Below, piece by piece: positions 1 to 4,347 of a stretch of DNA of 4,347 nucleotides; position 1 is the first letter of the stretch, and every line of letters begins with the position of its first letter. The position numbers and the translations under genes were made by a program. The notes beneath the pieces are model-generated. The model was not told the DNA's origin. It saw only the letters and a program-made list of their open reading frames with translations, and made no database searches. This DNA comes from a virus (taxonomy: Duplodnaviria; Heunggongvirae; Uroviricota; Caudoviricetes): the IMG/VR virus record IMGVR_UViG_2675903253_000013. One strand, 5' to 3'.

Positions 1-563
1 TACTCAACGTCAAACGCCCGAATTGAAGCCAAATCATCCAGACCGCTCAGCTCCTCTTTCATTTCACGCTGACGGCGATAAATCTCATCGTTGCGATCGA
101 CCTGCGCCTGCACCATTGCTGCCGCCAGTTCTTCCAGTTCCGGCATCGACAGTTTCACCTGCTGATTATCGGCATCGCTCCACGCCATATGTGTTTGTGC
201 TGTGACAGATTTTGCCAGCATGACTACCGGGGACAGGCGGCCCAGTGAGTTGGGGCCAGCATTCCAGATACGACCGTTCCATTCAAACGTGAACGGCTTC
301 GCCTCCTGTTCTGTGCGCCATGCTTCAATTTCCTGACGTCTGGCCTCTCTGGCCGCTTCCAGCATTTCTGGTGTCACAGTGAATGGGGCTATCTCACCCC
401 ATTTGCCACTTTGCAGTTCCTGCCAGATTCGCTGACCCGTCGGTGCGACATCATCAGCGGTGGCTGTGTAGGGGACTGCCTGGTCCCTGTCGTCAAAAAA
501 AACGTCACAGTCTACTGCGCCACTTTCGGTATAACGGGGATTAATGATTTTTTTAATTTCCAC
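1..563 (-). CDS. Tail fiber assembly protein / tail-fibre chaperone, second copy, different family from the first (DUF4376-like C-terminal motif); partial, 3' end runs off the window start
   Basis: Minus-strand frame is open from 563 to position 1 with no stop (about 187 codons, not in the ORF track because it lacks an ATG and a stop inside the window). Translation begins VEIKKIINPRYTESGAVDCDVFFDDRDQ and contains FTFEWNGRIWNAGPNSLGRL...WSDADNQQVKLSMPELEELAAAMVQAQVDRNDEIYRRQREMKEEL, which matches my recollection of the phage tail assembly chaperone family. It sits immediately downstream of a tail fibre gene (stop TGA 574..576). Proposed start GTG 561..563, preceded by GAGGAA (570..575) at 6-nt spacing; in-frame ATGs at 615..617 and 621..623 are alternatives but would overlap the upstream gene by about 45 nt. 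Confidence 0.6.
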   Translation of the reverse strand, partial: MEIKKIINPRYTESGAVDCDVFFDDRDQAVPYTATADDVAPTGQRIWQELQSGKWGEIAPFTVTPEMLEAAREARRQEIEAWRTEQEAKPFTFEWNGRIWNAGPNSLGRLSPVVMLAKSVTAQTHMAWSDADNQQVKLSMPELEELAAAMVQAQVDRNDEIYRRQREMKEELSGLDDLASIRAFDVE

Positions 564-569
564 GGTGCA

Positions 570-575
570 TTCCTC
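570..575 (-). promoter_or_regulatory. Shine-Dalgarno (GAGGAA) for the second chaperone gene
   Basis: Minus strand reads TGA GGAATGCACC GTG: GAGGAA lies 6 nt upstream of GTG 561..563 and overlaps the TGA stop of the upstream fibre gene, consistent with translational coupling. Confidence 0.4.
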
Positions 576-1763
576 ACGATGTGCGAATAAAAAGCCCGGG
601 CATTGCGCCAGAGACATGAGCATCCGGCACCCCGGACAGGGCGCTATATGACCCCGGTAATGAATGCTCTGAACATCCCGTAATGAAAAATTGTGGGGAT
701 GCTATATACGTTCCGGTGGGAGTACTGGGCACTGAAATCCCCACCGGTCCCAGTCGTGAGCCTCTGTATGACTGCCCCCTGACAAGTCTGATGACTTTAT
801 CACCGTCAGCTTCTCCCTGGTACGCAGCAATAATCAGCCCGCCAATGTCAGGGTCTCCCCATCTGTTGCAGACAGAGCTCGCCACGATTCTGTAAATAAT
901 ATCTTCTGTGGTTATATTTATTTTCACCCAGCCAGTCAGTCTGGATATGGGCCAGTAGCAGTAGCGGGTGTGATAAATGGGGCCGTTAATGCCGTAAAAA
1001 GTAAGGGATTTGGCTCTGTACCTCGGTTCTGTTGTCTCAGGGCGTGCATCAGTCCACCGGATGCTGAGCACCCCTTCAAACCGTGTGTCGGGTATGATGA
1101 TGTCGTAGGGGCCAGCAACGGAATATTCACCTGGCAGCGCATTCCTTACCCAGGCCAGGAAATCACTCTTAGTGTCAAAACGGATAACATCTTCAGGCAG
1201 AAAAGCACACCCAAAGCCGAATGCGCCGGGTATCGCCAGACGGCCTTTTGTCCGGTCGTAAATGTCGCTCTGTGCTTCCATCGTGGCCGCACTTTTCAGC
1301 CCCAGATTATCCCGGGACTTCTGTTGTGCCTTTTCGCCTGCTGCTGCGATTTCAGACAGATGGTTAGCCGTTTTCAGAGTGCCGGTCAGCGCAGCATCAA
1401 TGTCATTTTTGGCCTGCTCTGCTGCGCCTGCGCCACCATTTCCTCAAAGCGTTTGACGACATCCGGTTTCAGGTCGCCCTCATCAGGAGCAATCAGAAAG
1501 TCATTCAGCGTGCCGGGCTTTGAGTCGTCGTATACAGCAATGTCGCCAACACAGTACTCGTCGCGCCAGTCCCGTTTCAGATACACGCAATATTTTCCGA
1601 CCTGTGCCTCAAACGAATATTCACCGTTATTTCCGGTCACTACATCAGCCCTGGTACGCATCACCACTTCTGAGGTGTTTACACGGGATTTCAGAATAAT
1701 CTGGCATCCGGACATGGGGATGCCTGCGCCATCAGTCAGCGCACCTGATATCACTACAGACAT
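574..1763 (-). pseudogene. Side tail fiber protein (lambda Stf-type N-terminal domain plus distal receptor-binding part), disrupted by a 1-nt frameshift
   Basis: ORF 1386..1763 (125 aa, MSVVISGALTDGAGIPMSGCQIILKSR...DSKPGTLNDFL...VKRFEEMVAQAQ) resembles the N-terminal ~110 aa of lambda Stf (MAVKISGVLKDGTGKPVQNCTIQLKA...DSQPGTLNDFL...LELMVEEVA, from memory). It stops at TGA 1386..1388. A second minus-strand frame is open from 1443 down to the TGA at 574..576 and reads GAAEQAKNDIDAALTGTLKTANHLSEIAAAGEKAQQKSRDNLGLKSAATMEAQSDIY..., continuing into the 235-aa ORF 574..1281. Fibre-like sequence therefore continues across the break in a different frame. The two frames co-exist only in 1389..1443. 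Confidence 0.75.
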
Positions 1764-1786
1764 AGTTTTTCTCGCGATAAATTAAA

Positions 1787-2332
1787 TCAGGAAGAACCTT
1801 CCGGAGAGACGGACCATTCAATGGCGTTATATGAGGATTTATCAGTGATGGTGCTGAAATCCATCGCCTGCAGCGATTTCGCGTAAATACGGTACGCTTT
1901 CAGTTTTTCCCGGTCTTCGTCGCTGATTAGCCCCAGCAGCAGGTCTTCTTCCCATTCCCCTGTCCGGGCACTGACCTGAGCCAGAAGGGCATCACGCTCA
2001 TCTTCCGCTTTGAGTCTGTAGTCAAAGACAAATTCATCATTGCGGTAAAACCAGTAACCCGGCGCGGTAATGCGGCGGTTGGCGGTAATATCAGGAACTT
2101 CAATAACACTGGCGTTACGGGGTTCAATGCCTGTCACATCCTTACCGACCCACACCACGCGCCCGTCTCCGGTGTAAACCATTTTTATGGTGTCACTGGC
2201 AAAGTTCTTCTGTTCTTCATACCAGTTTTTGCCGTCTTCCGAAAAAAGCCAGGTGACATCATACTGTTTTGTCAGCTGATATTATTCCGCGGTTTTCGGA
2301 TTACCTGCCGTAATATTTTTTAAATGCAACAT
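1787..2332 (-). pseudogene. Tail fiber assembly protein (P2 gpG / Mu U family) interrupted by an in-frame TAA at codon 17; the largest intact piece is ORF 1787..2182 (131 aa)
   Basis: Minus-strand ATG at 2330..2332 lies 2 nt after the fibre stop (TAA 2335..2337). It reads MLHLKNITAGNPKTAE, then TAA (2282..2284), then continues in the same frame YQLTKQYDVTWLFSEDGKNWYEEQKNFASDTIKMVYTGDGRVVWVGKDV...EVPDITANRR... to stop TGA 1787..1789. This is collinear with the recalled N-terminus of Mu U / P2 G (M.HLKNIKSxNPKTKEQYQLTKNFDV.WLWSEDGKNWYEE), where the stop position is Gln. CAA to TAA is a single transition. Confidence 0.8.
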
Positions 2333-2334
2333 TG

Positions 2335-3375
2335 TTAAATACTCGCTACGTTATACCAGGTGCCATTAATCAGTTTTTGCAGCGGTCGGTAATACACGCC
2401 GTTGACGTTATCCGCTGAGTTACGGCCGGTATCCGATATCGATATCCCTGACAGCCCGTGTCCCGAAGGTGAGCGAAATGTCCACGAAACGGTGTTACTG
2501 CCGGGGGGGTAATACATTTCATAACCATACCGCACATCCTGCACGCCACCATTTCGCTGCTGGTAACGGGCATCAAAGTTTCCGTAGTCTGACGGTGTTA
2601 CCCGTCCTGTAACGTTTACAGCTTTATTACTCTGGATACTGCCACTCTGAAAACGCAACACATGCACGCTATTGGCATAAACATCCAGCAGGCCATCACC
2701 ATTCTGTTTGAATCCGGTGTCATTATCACCAAGAACAATTGAATTCCCCCCCAGGGCGTTCTGAACGCCGATACCCAGCGCACCATTGACCTGCGAACCA
2801 CCGCCAACAGACACTTTATGCGACATGGATATTTCACCCGTCCGCAGATTAATGGTGAACGGGCGCAGGGGACCAATATCGCCATTTTCCCCCTGACCTT
2901 CACTGGTGGGAATAAGGTGCAGGCACTCTTCCGAACGACGAAAAATCAGGCCAAAAGCTTCGTTGAAAATCCTCAGCGCATTAACACCACGGATTTTCAG
3001 CTCTCCGGTCATGGTGTCGCCATCACGCTGAACGGCATTTTTTGCCTTATCCACCGTGGGTTTTAATCCGAGGTTTTCAACAGCCTCATCCCTGTCTTCC
3101 ACATCCGAAAGGTTATTTTTTATCAGCAATGCCTCTTCGTTAATTGCACCGCCCACCAGCAATAATATAGCCTTATATAGCTGGTCGTGTTCTTCTTTAT
3201 TCAGTTCTATCCCGGCCTTCTCAATGACACCACAGATTTCCTCCTGAATGGCATTCCACATGGCACTGTTCAGCCAGGTAGCAAGACGTCCTGTGCGAAG
3301 ATTTCCGTCAGTAAATCCGTTCTTACCCGGACCAAACTTATCTTTTACCGCAGTCAGCGTATCAATCCTGTGCAT
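2335..3375 (-). CDS. Tail fiber protein (Mu S / P2 gpH-like N-terminal attachment region; P2 gpH / lambda Stf-type C-terminal receptor-binding tip)
   Basis: Complete 350-aa ORF 2335..3387. N-terminus MHRIDTLTAVKDKFGPGKNGFTDGN matches the conserved start of Mu-type tail fibres. Middle and C-terminus (NAVQRDGDTMTGEL..., NALGGNSIVLGDNDTGFKQNGDGLLDVYANS..., ending RPLQKLINGTWYNVASI) match recalled P2 gpH / lambda Stf C-terminal motifs (ALGGSSIVLGDNDTGFKQNGDGILDVYANS... RPIQKYINGTWYNVAQV). I place the start at the third in-frame ATG (3373..3375) because GAGGA (3381..3385) sits 5 nt upstream and the product then begins MHRIDT; ATG 3385..3387 (MRMKMHRIDT) is the longest alternative and has no SD. 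Confidence 0.88.
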   Translation of the reverse strand: MHRIDTLTAVKDKFGPGKNGFTDGNLRTGRLATWLNSAMWNAIQEEICGVIEKAGIELNKEEHDQLYKAILLLVGGAINEEALLIKNNLSDVEDRDEAVENLGLKPTVDKAKNAVQRDGDTMTGELKIRGVNALRIFNEAFGLIFRRSEECLHLIPTSEGQGENGDIGPLRPFTINLRTGEISMSHKVSVGGGSQVNGALGIGVQNALGGNSIVLGDNDTGFKQNGDGLLDVYANSVHVLRFQSGSIQSNKAVNVTGRVTPSDYGNFDARYQQRNGGVQDVRYGYEMYYPPGSNTVSWTFRSPSGHGLSGISISDTGRNSADNVNGVYYRPLQKLINGTWYNVASI

Positions 3376-3952
3376 CTTCATCCTCATCTGGATAGGAAAA
3401 TAAAACGACGGTGTGTGACGGACATAATTTATTAATCACGCACTCCGCAACCGTATCCCCCCACGTCCGGATCGGTGTGTTGCAGGCGTCCGTGCATGTC
3501 TGCCACTGAGCACCGGCATCCATCGGCAACGTCACACGCCAGAAATAACGCCAGCGATCTCCCCATTCCGGATCGGGGCTTGCATCCAAGTGCTGGAACT
3601 GTTCGATCGTTACGCCGGTATATCCCAGCGCCTCAAGCTGATCCAGGAAGAACTGCTCATTTATGCCACCAGCCACATTGGCTTTTGCTTCAAGACGTTG
3701 CTGACGCTGGCGTAATGTCTGGGTTCCGACAGGGGAACAGGAATCAGGTAAACCATACAATTCTTCATAACGTTCAATCAGCTCTGTGGACTGACCGGGA
3801 TCGATTTCAATCACCAGTTCATCAGCCCGCTGGTGAACACGCACAAGCGATGGTGCCAGACCGTCAAGTACACCGTCGGTATCTGACCATGCAGGCCCCG
3901 GCGGCATCAGTCCGTACAGCAGCTTTGTATAATCATCCTGTAACGAATCCAT
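3362..3952 (-). CDS. Baseplate/tail protein of the P2 gpI / Mu gp48 family (DUF2313-like)
   Basis: 196-aa ORF. N-terminal LLYGLMPPGPAW...LDGLAPSL...HQRADEL...IDPGQSTELIERYEELYGLPD.C...TQTLRQRQQRLEAKANVAGGINEQFFLDQLEALGY fits the recalled gp48/gpI family pattern. Position is between a J-like baseplate gene and the tail fibre, as in P2 (J-I-H-G) and Mu (47-48-S-U). Strong SD AAGGAG at 3959..3964, 6 nt upstream of the ATG; start overlaps the upstream stop as TAATG. Confidence 0.8.
   Translation of the reverse strand: MDSLQDDYTKLLYGLMPPGPAWSDTDGVLDGLAPSLVRVHQRADELVIEIDPGQSTELIERYEELYGLPDSCSPVGTQTLRQRQQRLEAKANVAGGINEQFFLDQLEALGYTGVTIEQFQHLDASPDPEWGDRWRYFWRVTLPMDAGAQWQTCTDACNTPIRTWGDTVAECVINKLCPSHTVVLFSYPDEDEDAQD
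3381..3385 (-). promoter_or_regulatory. Shine-Dalgarno (GAGGA) for the tail fiber gene
   Basis: Minus strand reads CAG ATG AGG ATG AAG ATG CAC: GAGGA is 5 nt upstream of ATG 3373..3375 and lies inside the 3' end of the upstream gene. Confidence 0.4.
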
Positions 3953-4347
3953 TATTTACTCCTTGCCGGGTCATAAGCCTGCCAGGTGATCTCGCCGAGC
4001 ACCGGAAGCTCGGTCTCCCCCAGGTCAATATCCGATGAAGGGACGATTAACCGGTGGGCCACTTCACCAGCAGACAAACTGATGGCCTCACTGATTCTGG
4101 ACAGATACATACGCCCCTCTGGCACACCATCCCGTAACATCAGTGCATTCAGCTCTGCTTTTATTGCAGTCCTGATCTGCGGTGTGTCTTTCGATAATGC
4201 AATCGTCATCGGGATGACTTTTTCTGTGGCACCGAATACATACAATCCGCTTCCGGCAACAGGTGCCAGAGGAAGGATGTGGTCCCTGACTGCGTTAATC
4301 ACGCTTTCATCCGGGGCCGGGCGTTCCGGATCGTTTGTCGCCACCAT
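3952..4347 (-). CDS. Baseplate J-like protein (P2 gpJ / Mu gp47 family), C-terminal portion; 5' end lies beyond the window end
   Basis: Minus-strand frame is open from the window edge to stop TAA 3952..3954 (131 codons in window, ending ...LPVLGEITWQAYDPARSK). Assignment rests mainly on synteny, with the stop overlapping the start of the gpI/gp48-like gene, and on general resemblance to J-family C-termini. The ATG at the window edge is probably internal. Confidence 0.65.
   Translation of the reverse strand: MVATNDPERPAPDESVINAVRDHILPLAPVAGSGLYVFGATEKVIPMTIALSKDTPQIRTAIKAELNALMLRDGVPEGRMYLSRISEAISLSAGEVAHRLIVPSSDIDLGETELPVLGEITWQAYDPARSK
3959..3964 (-). promoter_or_regulatory. Shine-Dalgarno (AAGGAG) for the gpI/gp48-like gene
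   Basis: Minus strand reads CCCGGCAAGGAGTAAATAATG: AAGGAG, 6-nt spacer, ATG 3950..3952. Confidence 0.5.

Noticed and set aside
23-895. Short plus-strand ORFs (23..205, 683..895) and nested minus-strand ORFs (936..1142, 1927..2127, 2370..2576, 2616..2903)
   Set aside because: All lie inside or antisense to the well-supported minus-strand genes, in alternative frames, with no independent support.
1422-1433. Tandem hexamer ctgcgc ctgcgc inside the frameshift window
   Set aside because: Slippage of a 6-nt unit keeps the reading frame, so it cannot by itself explain the 1-nt frameshift; the adjacent T5 run at 1406..1410 is the better candidate.
970-1785. 271-aa plus-strand ORF
   Set aside because: Entirely antisense to the second tail-fibre gene, which has strong family-level similarity on the minus strand. 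The translation is Cys/Ser/Pro-rich with no recognisable motifs and no SD. Long antisense ORFs are common opposite real genes.
1-3375. Gin/Cin/Pin-type invertible host-range segment (shufflon-like tail-fibre switch)
   Set aside because: No invertase gene is in the window, both cassettes are on the same strand, the second fibre has its own start codon and N-terminal domain, and I found no convincing 26-bp gix/hix-like inverted crossover sites by eye. It cannot be excluded that a recombinase lies beyond position 1.
574-3375. Diversity-generating retroelement targeting the fibre C-terminal tips
   Set aside because: No reverse transcriptase ORF and no obvious template or variable repeat pair is visible in the window; the fibre C-termini look like ordinary P2 H / Stf-type tips.
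3475-4038. 187-aa plus-strand ORF
   Set aside because: Antisense to the gpI/gp48-like and J-like genes. The translation is His/Arg/Pro-rich and looks like a shadow ORF with no start context.

Overview
The whole window is the distal end of a contractile-tail (P2/Mu-type) prophage tail-morphogenesis operon, all transcribed on the minus strand with tightly packed or overlapping genes. Reading in the direction of transcription (high to low coordinates): the C-terminal end of a baseplate J-like protein (partial), a P2 gpI / Mu gp48-like baseplate protein, a complete 346-350 aa tail fiber with a P2 gpH / lambda Stf-type C-terminal tip, its P2 gpG / Mu U-type tail fiber assembly chaperone, a second tail fiber with a lambda Stf-type N-terminal domain, and a second, different chaperone that runs off the window start. 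Two of these genes are broken in this sequence: the first chaperone has an in-frame TAA at codon 17, and the second fiber has a 1-nt frameshift at the junction between its N-terminal domain and distal part. I see no rRNA, tRNA, CRISPR array, recombinase or convincing plus-strand gene. All homology statements are from recalled family sequence patterns, not from a database search. The most notable feature is the tandem, same-orientation pair of fibre-chaperone cassettes of different lineages, with one partner in each cassette inactivated. That points to a decaying or cryptic prophage host-range module rather than a clearly new system.
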